A stretch of 29,690 nt of DNA from an uncultured bacterium (GCA_964549305.1 CAZJVM010000033.1:1-29690); one strand, 5' to 3'; shown: positions 9,164 to 18,334, numbered from the stretch's first letter. Program-made: numbers and translations. Notes: a model not told the origin generated them from the sequence alone.

Positions 9164-9592
9164 TTACCAATTTATATCGACAATATCTCCGTCAGGCGGT
9201 CCGTTTTCCGGAGTGATTGCTTCTATTTTAGCCATAAAATCATCAATCTGACTTACAAAGATATTCAATTCCCTAATCTTTTCAAGAGCGTGGGATTTTT
9301 GTTCTGAAAGTTTTTCGAGCATTTTTCTTTTGGGTTTTTCCCTTGTGGGGTCGGATTCGAAAAGAAAACTAACCTCCTTTATTTCATCGAGCGTAAGTCC
9401 CATACTTTGAAGTTTTCTGATTGCCTTTACAAGAAATGCCGTGTGTCTGTTGTAATAGCGCACCTTGCCGTTTACCTTCGAAGGCGGATTCAGGAGTCCA
9501 AGCTGTTCATAATAACGCAGAGTCCTCGTGCTTATTCCCAGTTTGCTTGCCATTTCTCCTATCTTGAATAGTTTATCCCTTTGCTTCTCCAT
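9164..9592 (-). CDS. MerR-family transcriptional regulator (no cysteines)
   Basis: FKIGEMASKLGISTRTLRYYEQLGLL HTH, RYY, LQSMGLTLDEIK, C-terminal coiled coil. Confidence 0.93.
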   Translation of the reverse strand: MEKQRDKLFKIGEMASKLGISTRTLRYYEQLGLLNPPSKVNGKVRYYNRHTAFLVKAIRKLQSMGLTLDEIKEVSFLFESDPTREKPKRKMLEKLSEQKSHALEKIRELNIFVSQIDDFMAKIEAITPENGPPDGDIVDINW

Positions 9593-9752
9593 ACAATCAA
9601 CTTTACCTTCCCAAATGTTTTAGTATCTGTTAAAAAATTTGAATTGAGCTTCTGATTTATGCTAATAAATTATATTATTAAAAATGTCAAAAGTGAGGTT
9701 TTGTTAGTTTAATTTTAAAGGAACTATAGTTTCCTCTGCAACCAAAAATAAT

Positions 9753-10907
9753 TTGGAAGTAATAAGACAAAAAAGTTTTTTTGGTTTTATTATACTACTG
9801 CTTGTACTGCTAATCGTATCAGATTTTTTTCACCATTCCTCTAAAGCCGCAAAAACACAAAAAAACGATGTCAATAAAAAGATTATCATATTGTCTCCCC
9901 ACCCTGACGACGCCACAATATCCTGCTCATCTGTAATTATTAACGCGGTCAAAGAAAAAATCCCCTTTAAAATTGTATTAATGACAAACGGAGACCTTTT
10001 TTTCCCGAAGAAAAGAAAAATAATCGGCGATTTCGACGGCAACGGTTCGGTCAATTATCTTGATTACGGGCTGACAAGACAGAAAGAAGAAAAATGCGCT
10101 GTCAAAACATTAGGCGGGAGCAAGGACAATCTCATTTTTTTGGGCTATCCTGACTACTTTCTTCTCTATCTCTATTGGAGAAATTTTAACGATTTCTATG
10201 TTCATTTGGACAGTCCTTTCATTTTTGAAGAAGTCCTGAGGTTAAACTCGACAAAATTTTCCCTTTATAAAAATAATTATCACGAAACCCGATTCCCCGG
10301 CGAAATGGCACTTTTTTCCGCCGATTACATAATCAGGGATTTGCAAAGCATAATACTCGACTTTTCTCCAACGGATATTTACGTAACCCACGAAATGGAC
10401 ACCCATCCCGACCATAGCGCGACTCCTCTTTTTTTGCGTGAAGCGCTTTCCGCGTTGATAAAAGCCGGAAAGGTCGATGAAGGTCAAATCACTGTACACA
10501 GATATATAGTGCATTTCAACTACAGCGATAAAGTGAGAGATTCCCTGGAATACCCCGCAACGAAATCAGACCGTCTTGAAGCGCTTGATGTCGAAAATGG
10601 ATGCAAAATTTTAGATTGGAACTCGACCGTTATGAAAATGGCACCTAATATGTCAAATCCCCTTGATGATAAAATGATTGAAATAAAATACGCGGCAATC
10701 AACTGTATGAAATCCCAGACGGCAGACATCTTCTTTGAAGACCCCTGCGGAGAAGGAAAATTCAACTGGCTTTTGAGCTTTGTGAAATCAAACGAGATAT
10801 GGTGGGACCTTCCTCTTGACTTTCCTGTCAGTTTTAAACTTTATCCCGAAGCAGGTATGAAAAAACAAAATAATAAACTTTTACAACGGAACTATAAGAT
10901 GCATTGA
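9753..10907 (+). CDS. PIG-L/LmbE-family deacetylase with N-terminal signal anchor
   Basis: SPHPDD, MTNGD, R..EE..A...LG, FLGYPD and HPDH motifs; hydrophobic N-terminus. The TTG start is uncertain. Confidence 0.85.
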   Translation: MEVIRQKSFFGFIILLLVLLIVSDFFHHSSKAAKTQKNDVNKKIIILSPHPDDATISCSSVIINAVKEKIPFKIVLMTNGDLFFPKKRKIIGDFDGNGSVNYLDYGLTRQKEEKCAVKTLGGSKDNLIFLGYPDYFLLYLYWRNFNDFYVHLDSPFIFEEVLRLNSTKFSLYKNNYHETRFPGEMALFSADYIIRDLQSIILDFSPTDIYVTHEMDTHPDHSATPLFLREALSALIKAGKVDEGQITVHRYIVHFNYSDKVRDSLEYPATKSDRLEALDVENGCKILDWNSTVMKMAPNMSNPLDDKMIEIKYAAINCMKSQTADIFFEDPCGEGKFNWLLSFVKSNEIWWDLPLDFPVSFKLYPEAGMKKQNNKLLQRNYKMH

Positions 10908-10954
10908 AGTATTATTTTTTGAATAAAGAATAAAACCGGATAATTAAAACGACA

Positions 10955-12301
10955 ATGATAGATCGATTTTTTAAAATCTCGGAAAAAGGCTCCACAGTAA
11001 AAAGAGAAATCATCGCGGGGATTGTAACATTTATGACCCTATCCTACATAATTTTTGTCCAACCGGCTATTTTGAGCAATCCCGAAGGCCCTGGAATGGA
11101 TTTTGGCGCGGTTATGACTGCCACCTGTATCGCAAGCGCGCTGGCTACATTTCTTATGGGCTTTATGGCAAACTACCCTATTGCCCTTGCCCCCGCGATG
11201 GGGCACAATTTCTTTTTTGCCTTCACCGTTTGCGGCGCAGTCTCCATAGGCGGTATGAATTTCCCGTGGCAGACCGCCCTTGGCGCAAATTTCATAGCAG
11301 GCGCTATCTTTATCATCATATCGAGATGGGGAGTAAGAGAAAAACTTCTCAACGCCATTCCCGCATCGCTCAAACATTCAATTGCAGTGGGAATCGGACT
11401 TCTCATTGCCTTTATCGGATTTCAATGGGGAGGCATTGTCGTGAGCAATCCGGGCACCCTTGTTTCAATAGGGAATCTTAAAAGCCCTCACGTATTGCTT
11501 GCAGTTTGCGGCACGCTTTTAATCGCACTATTAATGACTCTTCGGATAAGCGGCGCAATCTTTTTTGGAATGATGGCTTGCGCCATTGCGGGAATACCTC
11601 TGGGAATAATCAAGTATCGGGGCGCGGTAAGTATGCCGCCGCCAATTTCTCCGACACTTTTTAAGCTCGATTTTTTTTCAGTATTCGAACAAAAGGGATT
11701 CATAACCGTCATATTTATTTTTCTTCTCCTTGCAATGTTTGACACAGTGGGCACTTTGATTGGAGTAGCGGACAGGGCGGGCCTTTTGAAAGACGGAAAA
11801 CTTCCCAACGCGGAAAAAGCCCTTATGGCAGACGCAATAGGCACCACTTCGGGTACGCTTCTCGGCACTTCAACGGTTACCTGCTACATAGAAAGCGCCG
11901 CAGGCGTTGCCGAGGGGGGACGTACCGGATTTTCCAATATGATAACAGGCACGCTTATTCTTCTTTCCCTGTTTTTTTATCCCCTTGTTAAAATGATTGG
12001 CGGTGGATATGAAGTTTCAGAAGGCGTATTTCTTTATCCAGTGCTCGCGCCTTCTCTCATAATCGTCGGCAGCCTTATGTTTCAGTCCGTAGGCAAAATC
12101 AATTGGAGCGACACTTCCGAAGCGATTCCGTCATTTCTAACAATTACTGTGATGCAGTATGCCTTCAGCATAACCGAAGGCATATCAGCCGGATTCATTT
12201 CGTTTTGTCTGCTGAAAACCATCTCCGGGAAAGGCAGGGAAATTCATTGGATGATTTATCTTTTCTCCGCCCTTTTTCTGGTACGGTATATCTTCCTTTA
12301 A
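10955..12301 (+). CDS. NCS2/AzgA-family purine permease (PbuG-like)
   Basis: EIIAGIVTFMTLSYIIFVQPAILS, ALAPAMG.N.FFAF, FDTVGTL and YIESAAGVAEGGRTG motifs; many TM helices. Confidence 0.94.
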   Translation: MIDRFFKISEKGSTVKREIIAGIVTFMTLSYIIFVQPAILSNPEGPGMDFGAVMTATCIASALATFLMGFMANYPIALAPAMGHNFFFAFTVCGAVSIGGMNFPWQTALGANFIAGAIFIIISRWGVREKLLNAIPASLKHSIAVGIGLLIAFIGFQWGGIVVSNPGTLVSIGNLKSPHVLLAVCGTLLIALLMTLRISGAIFFGMMACAIAGIPLGIIKYRGAVSMPPPISPTLFKLDFFSVFEQKGFITVIFIFLLLAMFDTVGTLIGVADRAGLLKDGKLPNAEKALMADAIGTTSGTLLGTSTVTCYIESAAGVAEGGRTGFSNMITGTLILLSLFFYPLVKMIGGGYEVSEGVFLYPVLAPSLIIVGSLMFQSVGKINWSDTSEAIPSFLTITVMQYAFSITEGISAGFISFCLLKTISGKGREIHWMIYLFSALFLVRYIFL

Positions 12302-12468
12302 ATTTATTTTTAAAGATTTGCAGAAAACATTCAGAAAAATGTGGTTATTTCAAAGGGAATATTTTTTAATCAGCTATTTTCTTGACAACTCAAAGGACAT
12401 ATTCTTTTAATACTAAAATGAGTGAATAATTTAAAATTGTATAAAAATATTTAAGGGGAGGATTTTTA

Positions 12469-13500
12469 ATGGATATATCAGAACTTCTTCTTTTCGCAAA
12501 TGAACAGGGAGCATCGGATATACATATAAGCTCAGGCGAAGTACCCATGTTGAGGATTCACGGCGATATCGAAAAAATAGAAATGCCGCTCCTTTCGGCA
12601 GAAGAAGTTCACGACCTTCTTTATGACATTTTCAATGACAAGCAGAGAAAGGAATTTGAAGAAAACCACGAGATAGACTTTTCAATATCAATGAAAGAAA
12701 TTGCCCGTTTCAGGGTTAATGCATTTGTTCAAAACAGAGGGCCTGCGGCGGTTTTCAGAACAATTCCAACAAAAATACTTTCTCTTGAAGATCTGAAACT
12801 TCCAAAAATTCTCGGTGAACTTTCAAGGAAGGAAAAAGGGCTCGTCCTTGTTACGGGGCCTACGGGAAGCGGAAAGTCGACCACTCTCGCCGCAATGATA
12901 GACCTTGTCAATTCAGAACGGAAAGGACACATACTCACTATCGAAGACCCGATAGAATTTGTTCACAAATCAAAAAACTGCATTATAAACCAGAGGGAAC
13001 TCGGTCCCCATACGCACAGTTTCTCAAACGCCCTGAGGTCAGCGCTCAGAGAAGACCCTGACATAATTCTCGTCGGTGAAATGAGAGACCTGGAAACTAT
13101 TCAGTTGGCGCTTACCGCGGCGGAAACAGGACATCTTGTTTTCGGCACTCTTCATACCTCAAGCGCCCCCAAGACCGTGGACAGAATCATAGATGTTTTT
13201 CCCGCGGCGCAGCAGGGGCAGATAAGGGCAATGTTTTCCGAATCTATACAGGCAGTAGTCACACAGCACCTTTTCAAGAAAAAGGGCGGCGGCAGATGCG
13301 CGGCACTGGAGATAATGATAGGCACTCCCGCAGTAAGAAACCTCATCAGGGAAGCCAAGATTTCACAAATTCCCTCAATAATTCAGACCAGCCAGAAATT
13401 CGGCATGCAGTCAATGGATCAGGCAATCAAGGACCTTCTTGCAAAGAATATGGTAGTAAAATCGGAAGTTGAACAATTTATGACGCAATCAATTACATAA
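12469..13500 (+). CDS. pilT: Type IV pilus retraction ATPase PilT
   Basis: GASDIHI, GPTGSGKSTT, TIEDPIE, LREDPDIILVGEMRD, GHLVFGTLHT and the AVRNLIRE (AIRNLIRE) helix; strong RBS. Confidence 0.96.
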   Translation: MDISELLLFANEQGASDIHISSGEVPMLRIHGDIEKIEMPLLSAEEVHDLLYDIFNDKQRKEFEENHEIDFSISMKEIARFRVNAFVQNRGPAAVFRTIPTKILSLEDLKLPKILGELSRKEKGLVLVTGPTGSGKSTTLAAMIDLVNSERKGHILTIEDPIEFVHKSKNCIINQRELGPHTHSFSNALRSALREDPDIILVGEMRDLETIQLALTAAETGHLVFGTLHTSSAPKTVDRIIDVFPAAQQGQIRAMFSESIQAVVTQHLFKKKGGGRCAALEIMIGTPAVRNLIREAKISQIPSIIQTSQKFGMQSMDQAIKDLLAKNMVVKSEVEQFMTQSIT

Positions 13501-13538
13501 TTTAAAATCGCAATCAGATTAAAGTTAAAGGAGTAAAA

Positions 13539-14702
13539 ATGAAAATAAAAGATATGCTTCAGGAAATGGTTAAAAGGGATTCATCGGACATCTACATTAC
13601 TGCCGAGCTTCCCCCTATGTTTCGTACCGAAGGCGTTACTGAACCATGGGGAGACACAAAGCTAAGTCCGGAAGACACCATTGCCCTTGCCAACGAAGTT
13701 ATGAGCGAAAAACAGAGGGCGGAATTCGAGAACACGAGGGAAATGAACCTTGCCATTTTCGAGCCCGATTTAGGAAGATTCAGAGTAAACATCTTTTATC
13801 AGCGCGGAAATGTGGGAATGGTGTTAAGGCAGATTAAGATAGACATCAAAAGCATTGATGATCTGAAACTCCCCTCAACGCTGAAAGATATCATTATGAC
13901 CAAGCGCGGACTGGTCCTTATGGTAGGAGGTACCGGTTCCGGTAAATCTACGAGTCTTGCCGCAATGATTGATCACAGAAATTCAACCTCATCGGGACAT
14001 ATAATATCAATAGAAGACCCAATTGAATTCGTTCATAATCACAAAAAATCAGTAATAACACAGAGAGAAGTAGGATTTGACACTATTTCATTCGCCGACG
14101 CCCTGAAAAACACCCTGAGGCAGGCACCCGATGTAATCCTTATCGGTGAAATCAGGGATATTGAAACAATGGAATCTGCAATCACATTTGCCGAAACCGG
14201 ACATCTGTGCCTCGGCACACTTCACGCCAATAATGCAAACCAGGCAATCGAAAGAGTTATCAACTTTTTCCCCGCTGAAAGACACCAACAGATCTACCTT
14301 CTTCTTTCATTGAATTTACGCTCCATTATTTCTCAGCGCCTCGTGCCTACCGTTGACGGAAAAAGAGCGGCGGCAATTGAAATCCTCCTCGATACACCGC
14401 GTGTCAAAGACCTTATCCTCAAACAGGAAATAGGCACTCTGAAGGAGGCAATGCAGGAAGGTGTGCAGGAGGGAATGCAGACCTTTGACCAGTGTCTTTA
14501 TAATTTTTACAAAGCGGGAACCATTAGCTATGAAAATGCCATCGCCAACGCGGACAGCGCAAATGATTTAAGACTCAGGATTAAAATGGATTCCGCCGGC
14601 AAAAACGGTGAAGAGGGTGAAGGCGAAGCCAAAGGTGAAGGTGAAAATGACGACAAAAAAGAACCCGCATTTAAAATCAAGAAAGAAGACCCCTACGCGT
14701 AA
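13539..14702 (+). CDS. pilU: Type IV pilus ATPase PilU
   Basis: Directly after pilT. GGTGSGKSTSLAAMI, LKNTLRQAPDVILIGEIRD, TLHANNANQA, GMQTFDQ and ADSANDLRLRIK motifs. Confidence 0.93.
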   Translation: MKIKDMLQEMVKRDSSDIYITAELPPMFRTEGVTEPWGDTKLSPEDTIALANEVMSEKQRAEFENTREMNLAIFEPDLGRFRVNIFYQRGNVGMVLRQIKIDIKSIDDLKLPSTLKDIIMTKRGLVLMVGGTGSGKSTSLAAMIDHRNSTSSGHIISIEDPIEFVHNHKKSVITQREVGFDTISFADALKNTLRQAPDVILIGEIRDIETMESAITFAETGHLCLGTLHANNANQAIERVINFFPAERHQQIYLLLSLNLRSIISQRLVPTVDGKRAAAIEILLDTPRVKDLILKQEIGTLKEAMQEGVQEGMQTFDQCLYNFYKAGTISYENAIANADSANDLRLRIKMDSAGKNGEEGEGEAKGEGENDDKKEPAFKIKKEDPYA

Positions 14703-14739
14703 TAGCGTAATGAATTCTTTTTCACGTTTATGAGAGGCA

Positions 14740-15135
14740 ATGCTTAAAAAAATAAAGATAAACACGCCTTCTCAGGTCGATTTTTTCCATATCACCGGGC
14801 TTGTGAGAAAAACCGTAAGGGAGTCGGGAGTAAAAAGCGGCATCTGCTGCGTTTATGTGCCGCATACCACTGCGGGAGTTACCATAAACGAAAACGCGGA
14901 CCCTTCGGTACAGAAGGATATAATCAGGGAGATAAACAAGGTGATTCCCTTCTCAGACAGTTACACCCATCTTGAAGGAAATTCCGCGGCACATATCAAG
15001 GCATCGCTTTTCGGCGCATCGGAAAATATCATCATCGAAGACAGCGACCTTTTACTCGGCACATGGCAGGGAATCTACTTCTGCGAATTCGACGGTCCGC
15101 GAAGCAGAACATTTTTTGTAAAGATTATATCCTGA
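14740..15135 (+). CDS. yjbQ: YjbQ/UPF0047 family protein
   Basis: PHTTAGVTINENADPSV, HLEGNSAAHIKASL and LGTWQGIYFCEFDGPR motifs. Confidence 0.93.
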   Translation: MLKKIKINTPSQVDFFHITGLVRKTVRESGVKSGICCVYVPHTTAGVTINENADPSVQKDIIREINKVIPFSDSYTHLEGNSAAHIKASLFGASENIIIEDSDLLLGTWQGIYFCEFDGPRSRTFFVKIIS

Positions 15136-15147
15136 TATCCCGCGGCT

Positions 15148-15780
15148 TTAATCTTGCCCCGCGCTTTCAGATTGTACGCCGGTCTCTTTATTCAACTCTT
15201 TTTCGATTGCGCTTTTTAATTTTTCATAGGGCACCGCGCCTACGACTTTCGTTTCTCCTATGATAAAAGTCGGAGTCCCTCTTATACCAAGTTTTCTACC
15301 CTCTGCCATATCCGCCATCACCATTGCCTCTGTAGCGGCATTGCCTAAATCAGCTTTAAAACGCTCCATATCGAGTCCAATCTTTTTAGCGTAACCGATG
15401 AGATAATTCTCCGCGAGTCGCTGCTGGTTTTGAAACATCATATCGTGAAGTTCCCAGAATTTTCCCTGATTTTTGGCGGCAATTGAAGCTTTTGCTGCAA
15501 TAAGGGCGTTTGGATGTATTCCCGTCAAAGGAAACTGCTTGAAGATGATTTCAACTTTATCTCCGTAATCTGCGAGTATTTTTTTGATGGTTGGCTGCAC
15601 TCTTCCGCAGTAATAGCATTGAAAATCGGAATATTCCTTTATGACAAGTTTTTTCTTTTTTTCAACAACAGGCGCTTCCGCTTTTTTTTCGCCCGCTTTC
15701 AAGGGTTTTGTCGTTGCACAAGCAAAAAAAAGAATTATAAAGAGCGGCAGATAAATCATTACAGCGCTTTTTCTAATCAT
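15148..15780 (-). CDS. DsbA/BdbD-like thioredoxin-fold lipoprotein
   Basis: EYSDFQCYYC active site, KQFPL..IHP.A, QGKFWELHD, GIRGTPTF cis-Pro loop; lipobox-like FFAC. The start at ATG 15780 overlaps the upstream stop. Confidence 0.9.
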   Translation of the reverse strand: MIRKSAVMIYLPLFIILFFACATTKPLKAGEKKAEAPVVEKKKKLVIKEYSDFQCYYCGRVQPTIKKILADYGDKVEIIFKQFPLTGIHPNALIAAKASIAAKNQGKFWELHDMMFQNQQRLAENYLIGYAKKIGLDMERFKADLGNAATEAMVMADMAEGRKLGIRGTPTFIIGETKVVGAVPYEKLKSAIEKELNKETGVQSESAGQD

Positions 15781-16336
15781 TGAAAACTCCTTCTTTTGTT
15801 TTAGATTCCAAATATTTGAATAATTCCTCTTCAAGCAAACCCGTTGATTCGCATTTTTTAAACAGTGTGATTTTCTCCTCAGGGTCGCGTATGGCAACGG
15901 CAATACAGGGACTGTAATTCGCGTAAGTATTGAAGGTCGCCACAATAAGCGTGAGGAATGCGTCATCTCTTCTCTCAGTCGTAACGATTACTTTAGCCCT
16001 CTTTCTTTCATAAGTCCAGTTCATATCCGGTTTTCCGCAATCGCAATAATCCCTTACGCCTTCCCTTTTAAATGACCCGTAATAATATGCCGAATCAGTT
16101 TCAATCCAGTCAGTAACAATTTTTCCCGGTACACCCCCATCTTTTATAATCCTGAACCCTTTCCCTTTCAGAAACTCCGTAATCGAGGAATGTAACAGGT
16201 TGCTGTCCTTTGTTTCAACATACCGTACAAAAGAAAAATTTCTTTTTTCGGGAGGTTTTCCCACGGGAACGCAGGAGGAAAATGAAAGAGCAAATAAAAC
16301 AATCATCAACGGAAAAAACACATTTCTGAAACTCAC
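15773..16336 (-). CDS. Hypothetical cysteine-containing lipoprotein
   Basis: Signal peptide ending SFSSC; GKIVTDW motif; YCDCG, SPC and CESTGLLE; tight operon spacing. Confidence 0.75.
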   Translation of the reverse strand: MSFRNVFFPLMIVLFALSFSSCVPVGKPPEKRNFSFVRYVETKDSNLLHSSITEFLKGKGFRIIKDGGVPGKIVTDWIETDSAYYYGSFKREGVRDYCDCGKPDMNWTYERKRAKVIVTTERRDDAFLTLIVATFNTYANYSPCIAVAIRDPEEKITLFKKCESTGLLEEELFKYLESKTKEGVFND

Positions 16337-16340
16337 GAGA

Positions 16341-16595
16341 TTACCCTATGATTTTTATAAGAAAAAAAACAACGGTTAATATAATGACAGAAACATCAAT
16401 GAAAAAAAAGGGCATAAACAAGGGACTGCTTTCCCTTATCCCGGCAAAATTAGGTATCTTCCACGACAAAAGCACAACTACGGAAGTCGCAATGATAAGC
16501 ATTGAAACTACAAAACAGAAAAGATAAAAAGCAACGGTATAGGCCACTATAAGCAAGCCCACGGGAATCATCAGAATGAATTTTATCCAGCTCAT
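16341..16595 (-). CDS. Hypothetical small membrane protein
   Basis: 84 aa, very hydrophobic; 6-nt and 4-nt gaps to neighbours on the same strand. Confidence 0.65.
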   Translation of the reverse strand: MSWIKFILMIPVGLLIVAYTVAFYLFCFVVSMLIIATSVVVLLSWKIPNFAGIRESSPLFMPFFFIDVSVIILTVVFFLIKIIG

Positions 16596-16601
16596 AAGCT
16601 C

Positions 16602-17381
16602 TCACTTAAAATATTTATCTTTGTCAGGTTTTCTTTTTTCGCGGAAAGATGTTGACAACTCCGAGGATTCTTCACTTCGAAGATAATACTGAAGAAGCAT
16701 ATCGTGCGCTACACGCGCCATTCCCCCCGCGCCGTTATGTCTTGCATAAAATACCGTCTTCACGGCAGCTAACGCCTGCGGGCCCTTTTCGATTAATTCC
16801 CCACACCATTCGTCAACCCTGTCGTCAAGTTTATCATATGGGACAACTTCATTCACAAGCCCCATGTCGAGAGCTTCTTTCGCGCTGTACTTCCTGTTCA
16901 GCATCCACATCTCCTTTGCCTTCCGTCTTCCCACGAGTGCTTCTAGATACCACGTGCCGAATCCCGCGTCATAGCTTCCCATCGAGGGACCGACCTGCCT
17001 GAACAGGGCATTTTCCGACGCGATTGAAAAGTCGCATATTGCCTGAAGCACATTCCCGCCTCCCACGGCATAGCCATTTACGGCGGCAACAACAGGCTTT
17101 GGAATCTTTTCAATCAACTCGTGAAGATCTACAATGGGAAGCGTATTGTCATAATGATATTCATCGCTCACATTTGATTTTTCACCGCCTATACAGAAAA
17201 ACTTATCTCCGGCGCCGCGCAACACCCCTACCCTCACATTTTTGTCTTTTCGCACATCTGAAAAAGCGTCAATCAATTCATCTATTGTTTCTTTTCTGAA
17301 CATATTGGCTTTTTCGGGGCGATTTATGGTTATTCTCGCAATACCTTCTTTTTTTTCATAAATGATATCGCCATACTTCAT
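16602..17381 (-). CDS. Crotonase-superfamily enzyme, MenB/BadI-like
   Basis: ITINRPEKAN, FCIGGE, PKPVVAAVNGYAVGGGNVL, QVGPSMGSYDAGFGT, KKA-like RKAKEMW, YYLRSEES and FREKRKPD motifs. Confidence 0.88.
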   Translation of the reverse strand: MKYGDIIYEKKEGIARITINRPEKANMFRKETIDELIDAFSDVRKDKNVRVGVLRGAGDKFFCIGGEKSNVSDEYHYDNTLPIVDLHELIEKIPKPVVAAVNGYAVGGGNVLQAICDFSIASENALFRQVGPSMGSYDAGFGTWYLEALVGRRKAKEMWMLNRKYSAKEALDMGLVNEVVPYDKLDDRVDEWCGELIEKGPQALAAVKTVFYARHNGAGGMARVAHDMLLQYYLRSEESSELSTSFREKRKPDKDKYFK

Positions 17382-17403
17382 TGTCTTCCCTCAAACATTT
17401 TAT

Positions 17404-18039
17404 TCATTTAATTTTTAAGCTTATATCGTCTATTATCAATCTGCACAACTCCCAATCAGCAAGCAGAAAAGAGCGTGTGCTTAAATTCATCAAAGAGGCA
17501 ATCGGAGATGGAATAAAAGATAAGAATCCGAAGGGCGGAGTCGGGAATGTGCCTCCGATATTTCTCAACCTTTTTGACGATGTGTATATTACCTTTCCCT
17601 TATCCGCATCTGTAATCGTGATTTCAAGCTCAACTGTCACAACTGAATACAAAACAAGATAAAGCACATCGTGACGCAACACTTTTCCTGAAATCAGAAG
17701 TTTTGCTCCGGTCATTTTAGAAAGTTTGTCATATCCTGCCTTCGCCACATCTTCGCCTGTAAAAATGCCGTTTTCATCGAGCAGGTCGTCTATTTTGGAA
17801 AGTTCCATATCCTGAAAGGATTCCGAGCTGAAAACTCCGTAGAATGTTTCCCTCATTATGTCCGCGGCATCCGGATAAGCGGTCTGATTTTCAAAGGGCA
17901 GTATGGCAACCTTAATAGTTTCGGCTTCTGATTTATAGGGCAGAAGAGGCGACACATTCTCTTTTTCGACGGTGCAGGAAAATATCGAAAGAAATGAAAA
18001 GATGATAAACGCGAAAAGAACTGACTTTTTATTAATCAT
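17404..18039 (-). CDS. Lipoprotein, GNA1162/DUF799/CsgG-like fold
   Basis: Lipobox IFSC; KVAILPFENQT motif; L..MTGAKLLISGKV. Confidence 0.7.
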   Translation of the reverse strand: MINKKSVLFAFIIFSFLSIFSCTVEKENVSPLLPYKSEAETIKVAILPFENQTAYPDAADIMRETFYGVFSSESFQDMELSKIDDLLDENGIFTGEDVAKAGYDKLSKMTGAKLLISGKVLRHDVLYLVLYSVVTVELEITITDADKGKVIYTSSKRLRNIGGTFPTPPFGFLSFIPSPIASLMNLSTRSFLLADWELCRLIIDDISLKIK

Positions 18040-18160
18040 AATTATATTCTTTTTTTCAGTGTGTTAAAGAATATTACTTAATGTAATAAACAAATGTTGT
18101 TTTCCTGATATAAGAAGAATCGGTACACTTAAAAGATTAAATTAATCACCTTCTCTTTGT

Positions 18161-18189
18161 TTGACAAAAGACTCCCATACTTGTAAAAG
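18161..18189 (+). promoter_or_regulatory. Candidate sigma70 promoter for the FAD/Fe-S oxidoreductase
   Basis: TTGACA(18161-18166), 17 nt, TAAAAG(18184-18189). Confidence 0.5.
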
Positions 18190-18223
18190 CACGCTTTAAG
18201 TATAAAGCAGATAAATAAGAAAA

Positions 18224-18272
18224 TTCAATATATTGAAAACTTTTGAAAATTGCAAAAGCAATTATATTGAAA
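18224..18272. promoter_or_regulatory. Candidate operator: perfect palindrome plus direct repeat
   Basis: TTCAATATATTGAA (18224-18237) is a perfect 14-bp palindrome. TATATTGAAA occurs at 18229 and again at 18263. Confidence 0.45.
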
Positions 18273-18334
18273 CTCTCTTAACTCTATTCAAAACCGGAAA
18301 GCTTTAAAATTAAAATACACGGAGGATTTTTTTG

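Noticed and set aside
15606-15620. Possible selenocysteine in the DsbA CxxC
   Set aside because: The codons read TGC TAT TAC TGC, with no in-frame TGA. The large Fe-S ORFs are also uninterrupted.
15781-15966. N-terminal extension of the DsbA ORF to 272 aa
   Set aside because: It overlaps the upstream lipoprotein gene. The signal peptide and a GAAGGAG RBS point to ATG 15780.
16602-17381. Assigning the symbol menB or badI
   Set aside because: The motifs are intermediate between the two and no pathway context supports either.
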